A stretch of 64,000 nucleotides of DNA from Eledone cirrhosa (Eukaryota), in assembly GCA_964016885.1 (NCBI GenBank), contig OZ024755.1, positions 43,276,001 to 43,340,000 on the forward strand. The letters run 5' to 3'. Below the pieces are notes generated by a model. The model was not told the origin of the DNA. It searched no databases and saw only the letters and a program-made list of their open reading frames with translations. Below, one piece after another: positions 1 through 15,000 of the stretch (the first letter of the stretch is position 1; each line of letters begins with the position of its first letter). The translations under genes were made by a program, and so were the position numbers.

Positions 1-3000
1 TGTGTGATGGTGAGGGTGCTGGGTGTGGAGGTGGTTATGGGCTGTGTGTGATGGTGTTGGGTGTGGAGGTGGTTATGGGCTGTGTGTGATGCTGAGGGTG
101 CTGGGTGTGGAGGTGGTTATGGGCTGTGTGTGATGGTGTTGGGTGTGGAGGTGGTTATGGGCTGTGTGTGATGCTGAGGGTGCTGGGTGTGGAGGTGGTT
201 ATGGGCTGTGTGTGATGTTGAGGGTGTTGGGTGTGGAGGTGATTATGTGCTGTGTGTGATGGTGAGGGTGCTGGGTGTGGAGGTGATTATGGGCTGTGTG
301 TGATGGTGAGGGTGTTGGGTGTTGAGGTGGTTATGGGCTGTGTGTGATGGTGAGGGTGCTGTGTGTGGAGGTGGTTATGTGCTGTGTGTGATGGTGAGGG
401 TGTTGGGTGTGGAGGTGATTATGGGCTGTGTGTGATGGTGAGGGTGTTGGGTGTGGAGGTGGTTATGGGCTGTGTGTGATGTTGAGGGTGTTGGGTGTGG
501 AGGTGGTTATGGGCTGTGTGTGATGGTGAGGGTGTTGGGTGTGGGGGTGGTTATGTGCTGTGTGTGATGGTGGGGGTGCTGGGTGTGGAGGTGATTATGG
601 GCTGTGTGTGATGGTGAGGGTGTTGGGTGTGGAGGTGGTTATGGGCTGTGTGTGATGGTGAGGGTGCTGGGTGTGGAGGTGGTTATGGGCTGTGTGTGAT
701 GGTGAGGGTGTTGGGTGTGGAGGTGGTTATGGGCTGTGTGTGATGGTGGGGGTGTTGGGTGTGGAGATGGTTATGGGCTGTGTGTGATGGTGAGGGTGTT
801 GGGTGTGGGGGTGGTTATGTGCTGTGTGTGATGGTGGGGGTGCTGGGTGTGGAGGTGATTATGGGCTGTGTGTGATGGTGAGGGTGTTGGGTGTGGAGGT
901 GGTTATGGGCTGTGTGTAATGGTGAGGGTGCTGGGTGTGGAGGTGTTTATGGGCTGTGTGTGATGGTGAGGGTGGTGGGTGTGGAGGTGGTTATGGGCTG
1001 TGTGTGATGGTGAGGGTGCTGAGTGTGGAGGTGGTTATGGGCTGTGTGTGATGGTGAGGGTGGTGGGTGTGGAGGTGGTTATGGGCTGTGTGTGATGGAG
1101 GGGGTGCTGGGTGTGGAGGTGGTTATGGGCTGTGTGTGGTGGTGGTTATGGGCTGTGTGTGATGGTGAGGGTGCTGGGTGTGGAGGTGGTTATGGGCTGT
1201 GTGTGATGGTGAGGGTGCTGGGTGTGGAGGAGGTTATGGGCTGTGTGTGATGGTGAGGGTGCTGGGTGTGGAGGTGATTATGTGCTGTGTGTTATGGTGA
1301 GGGTGCTGGGTGTGGAGGTGGTTATGGGCTGTGTGTGATGGTGAGGGTGTTGGGTGTGGAGGTGTTTATGGGCTGTGTGTGATGGTGGGGTTGTTGGGTG
1401 TGGAGATGGTTATGGGCTGTGTGTGATGGTGAGGGTGTTGGGTGTGGGGGTGGTTATGTGCTGTGTGTGATGGTGGGGGTGCTGGGTGTGGAGGTGATTA
1501 TGGGCTGTGTGTGATGGTGAGGGTGTTGGGTGTGGAGTTGGTTATGGGCTGTGTGTGATGGTGAGGGTGCTGGGTGTGGAGGTGGTTATGCGCTGTGTGT
1601 GATGGTGAGGGTGCTGGGTGTGGAGGTGTTTATGGGCTGTGTGTGATGGTGAGGTTGGTGGGTGTGGAGGTGGTTATGGGCTGTGTGTGATGGTGAGGGT
1701 GCTGAGTGTGGAGGTGGTTATGGGCTGTGTGTGATGGTGTTGGGTGTGGAGGTGGTTATGGGCTGTGTGTGATGCTGAGGGTGCTGGGTGTGGAGGTGGT
1801 TATGGGCTGTGTGTGATGGTGTTGGGTGTGGAGGTGGTTATGGGCTGTGTGTGATGCTGAGGGTGCTGGGTGTGGAGGTGGTTATGGGCTGTGTGTGATG
1901 TTGAGGGTGTTGGGTGTGGAGGTGATTATGTGCTGTGTGTGATGGTGAGGGTGCTGGGTGTGGAGGTGATTATGGGCTGTGTGTGATGGTGAGGGTGTTG
2001 GGTGTTGAGGTGGTTATGGGCTGTGTGTGATGGTGAGGGTGCTGTGTGTGGAGGTGGTTATGTGCTGTGTGTGATGGTGAGGGTGTTGGGTGTGGAGGTG
2101 ATTATGGGCTGTGTGTGATGGTGAGGGTGTTGGGTGTGGAGGTGGTTATGGGCTGTGTGTGATGTTGAGGGTGTTGGGTGTGGAGGTGGTTATGGGCTGT
2201 GTGTGATGGTGAGGGTGTTGGGTGTGGGGGTGGTTATGTGCTGTGTGTGATGGTGGGGGTGCTGGGTGTGGAGGTGATTATGGGCTGTGTGTGATGGTGA
2301 GGGTGTTGGGTGTGGAGGTGGTTATGGGCTGTGTGTGATGGTGAGGGTGCTGGGTGTGGAGGTGGTTATGGGCTGTGTGTGATGGTGAGGGTGTTGGGTG
2401 TGGAGGTGGTTATGGGCTGTGTGTGATGGTGGGGGTGTTGGGTGTGGAGATGGTTATGGGCTGTGTGTGATGGTGAGGGTGTTGGGTGTGGGGGTGGTTA
2501 TGTGCTGTGTGTGATGGTGGGGGTGCTGGGTGTGGAGGTGATTATGGGCTGTGTGTGATGGTGAGGGTGTTGGGTGTGGAGGTGGTTATGGGCTGTGTGT
2601 AATGGTGAGGGTGCTGGGTGTGGAGGTGTTTATGGGCTGTGTGTGATGGTGAGGGTGGTGGGTGTGGAGGTGGTTATGGGCTGTGTGTGATGGTGAGGGT
2701 GCTGAGTGTGGAGGTGGTTATGGGCTGTGTGTGATGGTGAGGGTGGTGGGTGTGGAGGTGGTTATGGGCTGTGTGTGATGGAGGGGGTGCTGGGTGTGGA
2801 GGTGGTTATGGGCTGTGTGTGGTGGTGGTTATGGGCTGTGTGTGATGGTGAGGGTGCTGGGTGTGGAGGTGGTTATGGGCTGTGTGTGATGGTGAGGGTG
2901 CTGGGTGTGGAGGTGGTTATGGGCTGTGTGTGATGGTGAGGGTGTTGTGTGGAGGTTGTTATGAGCTGTGTGTGATGGTGAGGGTGCTGGGTGTGGAGGA

Positions 3001-6000
3001 GGTTATGGGCTGTGTGTGATGGTGAGGGTGCTGGGTGTGGAGGTGATTATGTGCTGTGTGTTATGGTGAGGGTGCTGGGTGTGGAGGTGGTTATGGGCTG
3101 TGTGTGATGGTGAGGGTGTTGGGTGTGGAGGTGTTTATGGGCTGTGTGTGATGGTGGGGTTGTTGGGTGTGGAGATGGTTATGGGCTGTGTGTGATGGTG
3201 AGGGTGTTGGGTGTGGGGGTGGTTATGTGCTGTGTGTGATGGTGGGGGTGCTGGGTGTGGAGGTGATTATGGGCTGTGTGTGATGGTGAGGGTGTTGGGT
3301 GTGGAGTTGGTTATGGGCTGTGTGTGATGGTGAGGGTGCTGGGTGTGGAGGTGGTTATGCGCTGTGTGTGATGGTGAGGGTGCTGGGTGTGGAGGTGTTT
3401 ATGGGCTGTGTGTGATGGTGAGGTTGGTGGGTGTGGAGGTGGTTATGGGCTGTGTGTGATGGTGAGGGTGCTGAGTGTGGAGGTGGTTATGGGCTGTGTG
3501 TGATGGTGAGGGTGGTGGGTGTGGAGGTGGTTATGGGCTGTGTGTGATGGTGGGGGTGCTGGGTGTGGAGGTGTTTATGGGCTGTGTGTGATGGTGAGGG
3601 TGGTGGGTGTGGAGGTGGTTATGGGCTGTGTGTGATGGTAAGGGTACTGAGTGTGGAGGTGGTTATGGGCTGTGTGTGATGGTGAGGGTGGTGGGTGTGG
3701 AGGTGGTTATGGGCTGTGTGTGATGGTGGGGGTGCTGGGTGTGGAGGTGGTTATGGGCTGTGTGTGATGGTGAGGGTGCTGGGTGTGGAGGTGGTTATGG
3801 GCTGTGTGTGATGGTGAGGGTGCAGGGTGTGGAGGTGGTTATGGGCTGTGTGTGATGGTGAGGGTGCTGGGTGTGGGGGTGGTGATGGGCTGTGTGTGAT
3901 GGTGAGGGTGCTGGGTGTGGAGGTGGTTATGGGCTGTGTGTGATGGTGAGGGTGTTGGGTGTGGAGGTGGTTATGGGCTGTGTGTGATGGTGAGGGTGTT
4001 GGGTGTGGAGGTGGTTATGGGCTGTGTGTGATGGTGAGGGTGTTGGGTGTGGAGGTGGTTATGTGCTGTGTGTGATGGTGAGGGTGTTGGGTGTGGAGGT
4101 GGTTATGGGCTGTGTGTGATGGTGAGGGTGCTGGGTGTGGAGGTGGTTATGGGCTGTGTGTGATGGTGAGGGTGTTGGGTGTGGAGGTGGTTATGGGCTG
4201 TGTGTGATGGTGTTGGGTGTGGAGGTGGTTATGTGCTGTGTGTGAATGTGAGGGCGCTGGGTGTGGAGGTGGTTATGGGCTGTGTGTGATGGTGAGGGTG
4301 CTGGGTGTGGAGGTGGTTATGGGCTGTGTGTGATGTTGAGGGTGTTGGGTGTGGAGGTGATTATGTGCTGTGTGTGATGGTGAGGGTGCTGGGTGTGGGG
4401 GTGGTAATGGGCTGTGTGTGATGGTGAGGGTGTTGGGTGTGGAGGTGGTTATGGGCTGTGTGTGATGGTGAGGGTGCTGGGTGTGGAGGTGGTTATGGGC
4501 TGTGTGTGATGTTGAGGGTGTTGGGTGTGGAGGTGATTATGTGCTGTGTGTGATGGTGAGGGTGCTGGGTGTGGAGGTGGTTATGGGCTGTGTGTGATGG
4601 TGAGGGTGTTGGGTGTGGAGGTGGTTATGGACTGTGTGTGCCGGTGGGGGTGTTGGGTGTGGAGGTGGTTATGGGCTGTGTGTGATGGTGAGGGTGTTGG
4701 GTGTGGGGGTGGTTATGTGCTGTGTGTGATGGTGAGGGTGTTGGGTGTGGAGGTGGTTATGGGCTGTGTGTGATGGTGAGGGTGCTGGGTGTGGAGGTGG
4801 TTATGGGCTGTGTGTGACGGTGTTGGGTGTGGAGGTGGTTATGGGCTGTGTGTGATGGTGAGGGTGGTGGGTGTGGAGGTGGTTATGGGCTGTGTGTGAT
4901 GGTGAGGGTGTTGGGTGTGGAGGTGGTTATGGGCTGTGTGTGATTGTTAGAGTGCTGGGTGTGGAGGTGGTTATGGGCTGTGTGTGATGGTGAGGGTGCT
5001 GGGTGTGGGAGTGGTTATGTGCTGTGTGTGATGGTGAGGGTGTTGGGTGTGGAGGTGGTTATGGGCTCTGTGTGATGGTGAGGGTGTTGGGTGTGGGGGT
5101 GGTTATGGGCTGTGTGTGATGGTGAGGGTGCTGGGTGTGGAGATGGTTATGGGCTGTGTGTGATGGTGAGGGTGCTGGGTGTGGAGATGGTTATGGGCTG
5201 TGTGTGATGGTGAGGGTGCTGGGTGTGGAGGTGGTTATGGGCTGTGTGTGATGGTGAGGGTGCTGGGTGTGGAGATGGTTATGGGCTGTGTGATGGTGAG
5301 TGTGTTGGGTGTGGAGGTGGTTATGTGCTGTGTGTGATGGTGAGGGTGTTGGGTGTGGAGGTGGTTATGGGCTGTGTGTGATGGTGAGGGTGCTGGGTGT
5401 GGAGGTGGTTATGGGCTGTGTTTGATGGTGAGGGTGCTGGGAGTGGAGGTGGTTATGGGCTGTGTGTGATGGTGAGCGTGTTGGGTGTGGAGGTGGTTAT
5501 GGGCTGTGTGTGATGGTGAGGGTGTTGGGTGTGGAGGTGGTTATGGGCTGTGTGTGATGGTGTTGGGTGTGGAGGTGGTTATGTGCTGTGTGTGAATGTG
5601 AGGGCGCTGGGTGTGGAGGTGGTTATGGGCTGTGTGTGATGGTGAGGGTGCTGGGTGTGGAGGTGGTTATGGGCTGTGTGTGATGGTGAGGGTGTTGGGT
5701 GTGGAGGTGGTTATGGGCTGTGTGTGATGGTGAGGGTGCTGGGTGTGGAGGTGGTTATGGGCTGTGTGTGATGGTGAGGGTGTTGGGTGTGGAGGTGGTT
5801 ATGGGCTGTGTGTGATGGTGAGGGTGTTGAGTGTGGAGGTGGTTATGGGCTGTGTATGATGTTGAGGGTGCTGCGTATGGAGGTGGTTATGGGCTGTGTG
5901 TGATGGTGAGGGTGTTGGGTGTGGAGGTGGTTATGGGCTGTGTGTGATGGTGAGGGTGTTAGGTGTGGAGGTGGTTATGGGCTGTGTGTGATGGTGAGGG

Positions 6001-9000
6001 TGCTGGGTGTGGAGGTGGTTATGTGCTGTGTGTGATGGTGAGGGTGCTGGGTGTGGAGGTGGTTATGGGCTGTGTGTGATGGTGAGGGTGTTGGTGTGGA
6101 GGTGGTTATGTGCTGTGTGTGATGGTGGGGCTGCTGGGTGTGGAGGTGATTATGGGCTGTGTGTGATGGTGAGGGTTTGGGTGTGTAGGTGGTTATGGGC
6201 TTTGTGTGATGGTGAGGGTGTTGGGTGTGGAGGTGGTTATGGGCTGTGTGTGATGGTGTTGGGTGTGGAGGTGGTTATGTGCTGTGTGTGAATGTGAGGG
6301 CGCTGGGTGTGGAGGTGGTTATGGGCTGTGTGTGATGGTGAGGGTGCTGGGTGTGGAGGTGGTTATGTGCTGTGTGTGAATGTGAGGGCGCTGGGTGTGG
6401 AGGTGGTTATGGGCTGTGTGTGATGGTGAGGGTGCTGGGTGTGGAGGTGGTTATGGGCTGTGTGTGATGTTGAGGGTGTTGGGTGTGGAGGTGATTATGT
6501 GCTGTGTGTGATGGTGAGGGTGCTGGGTGTGGGGGTGGTTATGGGCTGTGTGTGATGGTGAGGGTGTTGGGTGTGGAGGTGGTTATGGGCTGTGTGTGAT
6601 GGTGAGGGTGCTGGGTGTGGAGGTGGTTATGGGCTGTGTGTGATGTTGAGGGTGTTGGGTGTGGAGGTGATTATGTGCTGTGTGTGATGGTGAGGGTGCT
6701 GGGTGTGGAGGTGGTTATGGGCTGTGTGTGATGGTGAGGGTGTTGGGTGTGGAGGTGGTTATGGACTGTGTGTGCCGGTGGGGGTGTTGGGTGTGGAGGT
6801 GGTTATGGGCTGTGTGTGATGGTGAGGGTGTTGGGTGTGGGGGTGGTTATGTGCTGTGTGTGATGGTGAGGGTGTTGGGTGTGGAGGTGGTTATGGGCTG
6901 TGTGTGATGGTGAGGGTGCTGGGTGTGGAGGTGGTTATGGGCTGTGTGTGACGGTGTTGGGTGTGGAGGTGGTTATGGGCTGTGTGTGATGGTGAGGGTG
7001 GTGGGTGTGGAGGTGGTTATGGGCTGTGTGTGATGGTGAGGGTGTTGGGTGTGGAGGTGGTTATGGGCTGTGTGTGATTGTTAGGGTGCTGGGTGTGGAG
7101 GTGGTTATGGGCTGTGTGTGATGGTGAGGGTGCTGGGTGTGGGAGTGGTTATGTGCTGTGTGTGATGGTGAGGGTGTTGGGTGTGGAGGTGGTTATGGGC
7201 TCTGTGTGATGGTGAGGGTGTTGGGTGTGGGGGTGGTTATGGGCTGTGTGTGATGGTGAGGGTGCTGGGTGTGGAGATGGTTATGGGCTGTGTGTGATGG
7301 TGAGGGTGCTGGGTGTGGAGATGGTTATGGGCTGTGTGTGATGGTGAGGGTGCTGGGTGTGGAGGTGGTTATGGGCTGTGTGTGATGGTGAGGGTGCTGG
7401 GTGTGGAGATGGTTATGGGCTGTGTGATGGTGAGTGTGTTGGGTGTGGAGGTGGTTATGTGCTGTGTGTGATGGTGAGGGTGTTGGGTGTGGAGGTTGTT
7501 ATGGGCTGTGTGTGATGGTGAGGGTGCTGGGTGTGGAGGTGGTTATGGGCTGTGTTTGATGGTGAGGGTGCTGGGAGTGGAGGTGGTTATGGGCTGTGTG
7601 TGATGGTGAGCGTGTTGGGTGTGGAGGTGGTTATGGGCTGTGTGTGATGGTGAGGGTGTTGGGTGTGGAGGTGGTTATGGGCTGTGTGTGATGGTGTTGG
7701 GTGTGGAGGTGGTTATGTGCTGTGTGTGAATGTGAGGGCGCTGGGTGTGGAGGTGGTTATGGGCTGTGTGTGATGGTGAGGGTGCTGGGTGTGGAGGTGG
7801 TTATGGGCTGTGTGTGATGGTGAGGGTGTTGGGTGTGGAGGTGGTTATGGGCTGTGTGTGATGGTGAGGGTGCTGGGTGTGGAGGTGGTTATGGGCTGTG
7901 TGTGATGGTGAGGGTGTTGGGTGTGGAGGTGGTTATGGGCTGTGTGTGATGGTGAGGGTGTTGGGTGTGGAGGTGGTTATGGGCTGTGTATGATGTTGAG
8001 GGTGCTGCGTATGGAGGTGGTTATGGGCTGTGTGTGATGGTGAGGGTGTTGGGTGTGGAGGTGGTTATGGGCTGTGTGTGATGGTGAGGGTGTTGGGTGT
8101 GGAGGTGGTTATGGGCTGTGTGTGATGGTGAGGGTGCTGGGTGTGGAGGTGGTTATGTGCTGTGTGTGATGGTGAGGGTGCTGGGTGTGGAGGTGGTTAT
8201 GGGCTGTGTGTGATGGTGAGGGTGTTGGTGTGGAGGTGGTTATGTGCTGTGTGTGATGGTGGGGCTGCTGGGTGTGGAGGTGATTATGGGCTGTGTGTGA
8301 TGGTGAGGGTTTGGGTGTGTAGGTGGTTATGGGCTTTGTGTGATGGTGAGGGTGCTGGGTGTGGAGATGGTTATGGGCTGTGTGTGATGGTGAGAGTGTT
8401 GGGTGTGGAGGTGGTTATTGGCTGTGTGTGATGGTGAGGGTGCTGGGTGTGGAGGTGGTTATGGGCTGTGTGTGATGTTGAGGGTGTTGGGTGTGAAGGT
8501 GCTTATGTGCTGTGTGTGATGGTGAGGGTGCTGGGTGTGGAGGTGGTTATGGGCTGTGTGTGATGGTGAGGGTGCTGGGTGTGGAGGTGGTTATGGGCTG
8601 TGTGTGATGGTGAGGGTGCTGGGTGTGGAGGTGGTTATGGGCTGTGTGTGATGTTGAGGGTGTTGGGTGTGGAGGTGATTATGTGCTGTGTGTGATGGTG
8701 AGGGTGCTGGGTGTGGAGGTGGTTATGGGCTGTGTGTGATGGTGAGGGTGCTGGGTGTGGAGGTGGTTATGGGCTGTGTGTGATGTTGAGGGTGTTGGGT
8801 GTGGAGGTGATTATGTGCTGTGTGTGATGGTGAGGGTGCTGGGTGTGGAGGTGGTTATGGGCTCTGTGTGATGGTGAGGGTGTTGGGTGTGGAGGTGGTT
8901 ATGGGCTGTGTGTGATGGTGAGGGTGTTGGGTGTGGAGTTGGTTATGGGCTGTGTGTGATGGTGAGGGTGCTGGGTGTGGAGGTGGTTATGGGCTGTGTG

Positions 9001-12000
9001 TGATGTTGAGGGTGTTGGGTGTGGAGGTGATTATGTGCTGTGTGTGATGGTGAGGGTGCTGGGTGTGGAGGTGGTTATCGGCTGTGTGTGATGGTGAGGG
9101 TGTTGGGTGTGGAGGTGGTTATGGGCTGTGTGTGATGGTGAGGGTGCTGGGTGTGGAGGTGGTTATGGGCTGTGTGTGATGTTGAGGGTGTTGGGTGTGG
9201 AGGTGATTATGTGCTGTGTGTGATGGTGAGGGTGCTGGGTGTGGAGGTGGTTATGGGCTGTGTGTGATGGTGAGGGTGCTGGGTGTGGAGATGGTTATGG
9301 GCTGTGTGTGATGGTGAGGGTGCTGGGTGTGGAGGTGGTTACGTGCTGTGTGTGATGGTGTGGGTGTTGGGTGTGGAGGTGGTTATGTGCTGTGTGTGAT
9401 GGTGAGGGTGTTGGGTGTGGGGGTGGTTATGTGTTGTGTGTGATGGTGAGGCTGCTGGGTGTGAAGGTGGTTATGGGCTGTGTGTGATGGTGGGGGTGCT
9501 GGGTGTGGAGGTGGTTATGGGCTGTGTGTGATGGTGAGGGTTTGGGTGTGGGGGTGGTTATGTGCTGTGTGTGATGGTGAGGCTGCTGGGTGTGGAGGTG
9601 GTTATGGGCTGTGTGTGATGGTGGGGGTGCTGGGTGTGGAGGTGGTTATGGGCTGTGTGTGATGGTGAGGGTTTGGGTGTGGGGGTGGTTATGGGCTGTG
9701 TGTGATGGTGAGGGTGCTGGGTGTTGGGGTGGTTATGGGCTGTGTGTGATGGTGAGGGTGTTGGGTGTGGAGGTGGTCATGGGCTGTGTGTGATGTTGAG
9801 GGTGTTGGGTGTGGAGGTGATTATGTGCTGTGTGTGATGGTGAGGGTGCTGGGTGTGGAGGTGGTTATGGGCTGTGTGTGATGGTGAGGGTGTTGGGTGT
9901 GGAGGTGGTTATGGACTGTGTGTGCCGGTGGGGGTGTTGGGTGTGGAGGTGGTTATGGGCTGTGTGTGATGGTGAGGGTGTTGGGTGTGGGGGTGGTTAT
10001 GTGCTGTGTGTGATGGTGGGGGTGCTGGGTGTGGAGGTGATTATGGGCTGTGTGTGATGGTGAGGGTTTGGGTGTGGAGGTGGTTATGTGCTGTGTGTGA
10101 TGGTGAGGGTGTTGGGTGTGGAGGTGGTTATGGGCTGTGTGTGATGGTGAGGGTGCTGGGTGTGGAGGTGGTTATGGGCTGTGTGTGATGGTGAGGGTGC
10201 TGGGTGTGGAGGTGGTTATGGGCTGTGTGTGATGGTGAGGGTGCTGGGTGTGGAGGTGGTTATGGGCTGTGTGATTGTTAGGGTGCTGGGTGTGGAGGTG
10301 GTTATGGGCTGTGTGTGATGGTGAGGGTGCTGGGTGTGGGAGTTGTTATGTGCTGTGTGTGATGGTGAGGGTGTTGGGTGTGGAGGTGGTTATGGGCTGT
10401 GTGTGATGGTGAGGGTGCTGGGTGTGGAGATGGTTATAGGCTGTGTGATGGTGAGGGTGTTGGGTGTGGAGATGGTTATGGGCTGTGTGTGATGGTGAGG
10501 GTGCTGGGTGTGGAGGTGGTTATGGGCTGTGTGTGATGGTGAGGGTGCTGGGTGTGGAGATGGTTATAGGCTGTGTGATGGTGATGGTGTTGGGTGTGGA
10601 GGTGGTTATGTGCTGTGTGTGATGGTGAGGGTGTTGGGTGTGGAGGTGGTTATGGGCTGTGTGTGATGGTGAGGGTGCTGGGTGTGGAGGTGGTTATGGG
10701 CTGTGTTTGATGGTGAGGGTGCTGGGAGTGGAGGTGGTTATGGGCTGTGTGTGATGGTGAGGGTGTTGGGTGTGGAGGTAGTTATGGGCTGTGTGTGATG
10801 GTGAGGGTGTTGGGTGTGGAGGTGGTTATGGGCTGTGTATGATGTTGAGGGTGCTGGGTATGGAGGTGGTTATGGGCTGTGTGTGATGGTGAGGGTGGTG
10901 GGTGTGGAGGTGGTTATGGGCTGTGTGTGATGGTGAGGGTGTTGGGTGTGGAGGTGGTTATGGGCTGTGTGTGATGGTGAGGGTGCTGGGTGTGGAGGTG
11001 GTTATGGGCTGTGTGTGATGGTGAGGGTGCTGGGTGTGTAGGTGGTTATGGGCTGTGTGTGATGGTGAGGGTGTTGGGTGTGGAGGTGGTTATGGGCTGT
11101 GTGTGATGGTGAGGGTGTTGGGTGTGGAGGTGGTTATGGGCTGTGTGTGATGGTGAGGGTGCTGGGTGTGGAGGTGGTTATGTGCTGTGTGTGATGGTGA
11201 GGGTGCTGGGTGTGGAGGTGGTTATGGGCTGTGTGTGATGGTGAGGGTGTTGGTGTGGAGGTGGTTATGTGCTGTGTGTGATGGTGGGGCTGCTGGGTGT
11301 GGAGGTGATTATGGGCTGTGTGTGATGGTGAGGGTTTGGGTGTGGAGGTGGTTATGTGCTGTGTGTGATGGTGAGGGTGTTGGGTGTGTAGGTGGTTATG
11401 GGCTTTGTGTGATGGTGAGGGTGCTGGGTGTGGAGATGGTTATGGGCTGTGTGTGATGGTGAGAGTGTTGGGTGTGGAGGTGGTTATTGGCTGTGTGTGA
11501 TGGTGAGGGTGCTGGGTGTGGAGGTGGTTATGGGCTGTGTGTGATGTTGAGGGTGTTGGGTGTGGAGGTGATTATGTGCTGTGTGTGATGGTGAGGGTGC
11601 TGGGTGTGGAGGTGGTTATGGGCTGTGTGTGATGGTGAGGGTGCTGGGTGTAGAGGTGGTTATGGGCTGTGTGTGATGGTGAGGGTGCTGGGTGTGGAGG
11701 TGGTTATGGGCTGTGTGTGATGTTTGAGGGTGTTGGGTGTGGAGGTGATTATGTGCTGTGTGTGATGGTGAGGGTGCTGGGTGTGGAGGTGGTTATGGGC
11801 TGTGTGTGATGGTGAGGGTGCTGGGTGTGGAGGTGGTTATGGGCTGTGTGTGATGTTGAGGGTGTTGGGTGTGGAGGTGATTATGTGCTGTGTGTGATGG
11901 TGAGGGTGCTGGGTGTGGAGGTGGTTATGGGCTGTGTGTGATGGTGAGGGTGTTGGGTGTGGAGGTGGTTATGGGCTGTGTGTGATGGTGAGGGTGTTGG

Positions 12001-15000
12001 GTGTGGAGGTTGTTATGGGCTGTGTGTGATGGTGAGGGTGCTGGGTGTGGAGGTGGTTATGGGCTGTGTGTGATGTTGAGGGTGTTGGGTGTGGAGGTGA
12101 TTATGTGCTGTGTGTGATGGTGAGGGTGCTGGGTGTGGAGGTGGTTAAGGGCTGTGTGTGATGGTGAGGGTGTTGGGTGTGGAGGTGGTTATGGGCTGTG
12201 TGTGATGGTGAGGGTGCTGGGTGTGGAGGTGGTTATGGGCTGTGTGTGATGTTGAGGGTGTTGGGTGTGGAGGTGATTATGTGCTGTGTGTGATGGTGAG
12301 GGTGCTGGGTGTGGAGGTGGTTATGGGCTGTGTGTGATGGTGAGGGTGTTGGGTGTGGAGGTGGTTATGGGCTGTGTGTGATGGTGCGGGTGTTGGGTGT
12401 GGAGGTGGTTATGGGCTGTGTGTGATGGTGAGGGTGTTGGGTGTGGGGGTGGTTATGTGCTGTGTGTGATGGTGAGGCTGCTGGGTGTGGAGGTGGTTAT
12501 GGGTTGTGTGTGATGGTGGGGGTGCTGGGTGTGGAGGTGGTTATGGGCTGTGTGATGGTGAGGGTGTTGGGTGTGGAGGTGGTTATGGGCTGTGTGTGAT
12601 GGTGAGGGTGTTGGGTGTGGGGGTGGTTATGTGCTGTGTGTGATGGTGAGGCTGCTGGGTGTGGAGGTGGTTATGGGCTGTGTGTGATGGTGGGGGTGCT
12701 GGGTGTGAAGGTGGTTATGGGCTGTGTGTGATGGTGAGGGTTTGGGTGTGGGGGTGGTTATGGGCTGTGTGTGATGGTGAGGGTGTTGGGTGTGGAGGTT
12801 GTTATGGGCTGTGTGTGATGGTGAGGGTGCTGGGTGTGGAGGTGGTTATGGGCTGTGTGTGATGGTGAGGGTGCTGGGTGTGGAGGTGGTTATGGGCTGT
12901 GTGTGATAGTGAGGGTGCTGGGTGTGGAGATGGTTATGGGCTGTGTGTGATGGTGAGGGTGCTGGGTGTGGAGATGGTTATGGGCTGTGTGTGATGGTGA
13001 GGGTGCTGGGTGTGGAGGTGGTTATGGGCTGTGTGTGATGGTGAGGGTGCTGGGTGTGGAGATGGTTATGGGCTGTGTGATGGTGAGGGTGTTGGGTGTG
13101 GAGGTGGTTATGTGCTGTGTGTGATGGTGAGGGTGTTGGGTGTGGAGGTGGTTATGGGCTGTGTGTGATGGTGAGGGTGCTGGGTGTGGAGGTGGTTATG
13201 GGCTGTGGTTGATGGTGAGGGTGCTGGGAGTGGAGGTGGTTATGGGCTGTGTGTGATGGTGAGCGTGTTGGGTGTGGAGGTGGTTATGGGCTGTGTGTGA
13301 TGGTGAGGGTGTTGGGTGTGGAGGTGGTTATGGGCTGTGTGTGATGGTGTTGGGTGTGGAGGTGGTTATGTGCTGTGTGTGAATGTGAGGGCGCTGGGTG
13401 TGGAGGTGGTTATGGGCTGTGTGTGATGGTGAGGGTGCTGGGTGTGGAGGTGGTTATGGGCTGTGTGTGATGGTGAGGGTGTTGGGTGTGGAGGTGGTTA
13501 TGGGCTGTGTGTGATGGTGAGGGTGCTGCGTGTGGAGGTGGTTATGGGCTGTGTGTGATGGTGAGGGTGTTGGGTGTGGAGGTGGTTATGGGCTGTGTGT
13601 GATGGTGAGGGTGTTGGGTGTGGAGGTGGTTATGGGCTGTGTGTGATGGTGAGGGTGCTGCGTATGGAGGTGGTTATGGGCTGTGTGTGATGGTGAGGGT
13701 GTTGGGTGTGGAGGTGGTTATGGGCTGTGTGTGATGGTGAGGGTGTTGGGTGTGGAGGTGGTTATGGGCTGTGTGTGATGGTGAGGGTGCTGGGTGTGGA
13801 GGTGGTTATGTGCTGTGTGTGATGGTGAGGGTGCTGGGTGTGGAGGTGGTTATGGGCTGTGTGTGATGGTGAGGGTGTTGGTGTGGAGGTGGTTATGTGC
13901 TGTGTGTGATGGTGGGGCTGCTGGGTGTGGAGGTGATTATGGGCTGTGTGTGATGGTGAGGGTGCTGGGTGTGGAGGTGGTTATGGGCTGTGTGTGATGG
14001 TGAGGGTGTTGGGTGTGTAGGTGATTATGTGCTGTGTGTGATGGTGAGGGTGCTGGGTGTGGAGGTGGTTGTGGGCTGTGTGTGATGGTGAGGGTGTTGG
14101 GTGTGGAGGTGGTTATGGGCTGTGTGTGATGGTGAGGGTGTTGGTGTGGAGGTGGTTATGTGCTGTGTGTGATGGTGGGGCTGCTGGGTGTGGAGGTGAT
14201 TATGGGCTGTGTGTGATGGTGAGGGTGCTGGGTGTGGAGATGGTTATGGGCTGTGTGTGATGGTGAGGGTGTTGGGTGTGGAGGTGGTTATTGGCTGTGT
14301 GTGATGGTAAGGGTGCTGGGTGTGGAGGTGGTTATGGGCTGTGTGTGATGTTGAGGGTGTTGGGTGTGGAGGTGATTATGTGCTGTGTGTGATGGTGAGG
14401 GTGCTGGGTGTGGAGGTGGTTATGGGCTGTGTGTGATGGTGAGGGTGCTGGGTGTGGAGGTGGTTATGGGCTGTGTGATGTTGAGGGTGTTGGGTGTGGA
14501 GGTGGTTATGGGCTGTGTGTGATGGTGAGGGTGCTGGGTGTGGAGGTGGTTATGGGCTGTGTGTGATGTTGAGGGTGCTGGGTGTGTAGGTGATTATGTG
14601 CTGTGTGTGATGGTGAGGGTGCTGGGTGTGGAGGTGGTTATGGGCTGTGTGTGATGGTGAGGGTGTTGGGTGTGGAGGTGGTTATGGGCTGTGTGTGATG
14701 GTGGGGGTGTTGGGTGTGGAGGTGGTTATGGGCTGTGTGTGATGGTGAGGGTGCTGGGTGTGGAGGTGGTTATGGGCTGTGTGTGATGGTGAGGGTGCTG
14801 GGTATGGAGGTGATTATGTGCTGTGTGTGATGGTGAGGGTGCTGGGTGTGGAGGTGGTTGTGGGCTGTGTGTGATGGTGAGGGTGTTGGGTGTGGAGGTG
14901 GTTATGGGCTGTGTGTGATGGTGAGGGGTGCTGGGTGTGGAGGTGATTATGTGCTGTGTGTGATGGTGAGGGTGCTGGGTGTGGAGGTGGTTATGGGCTG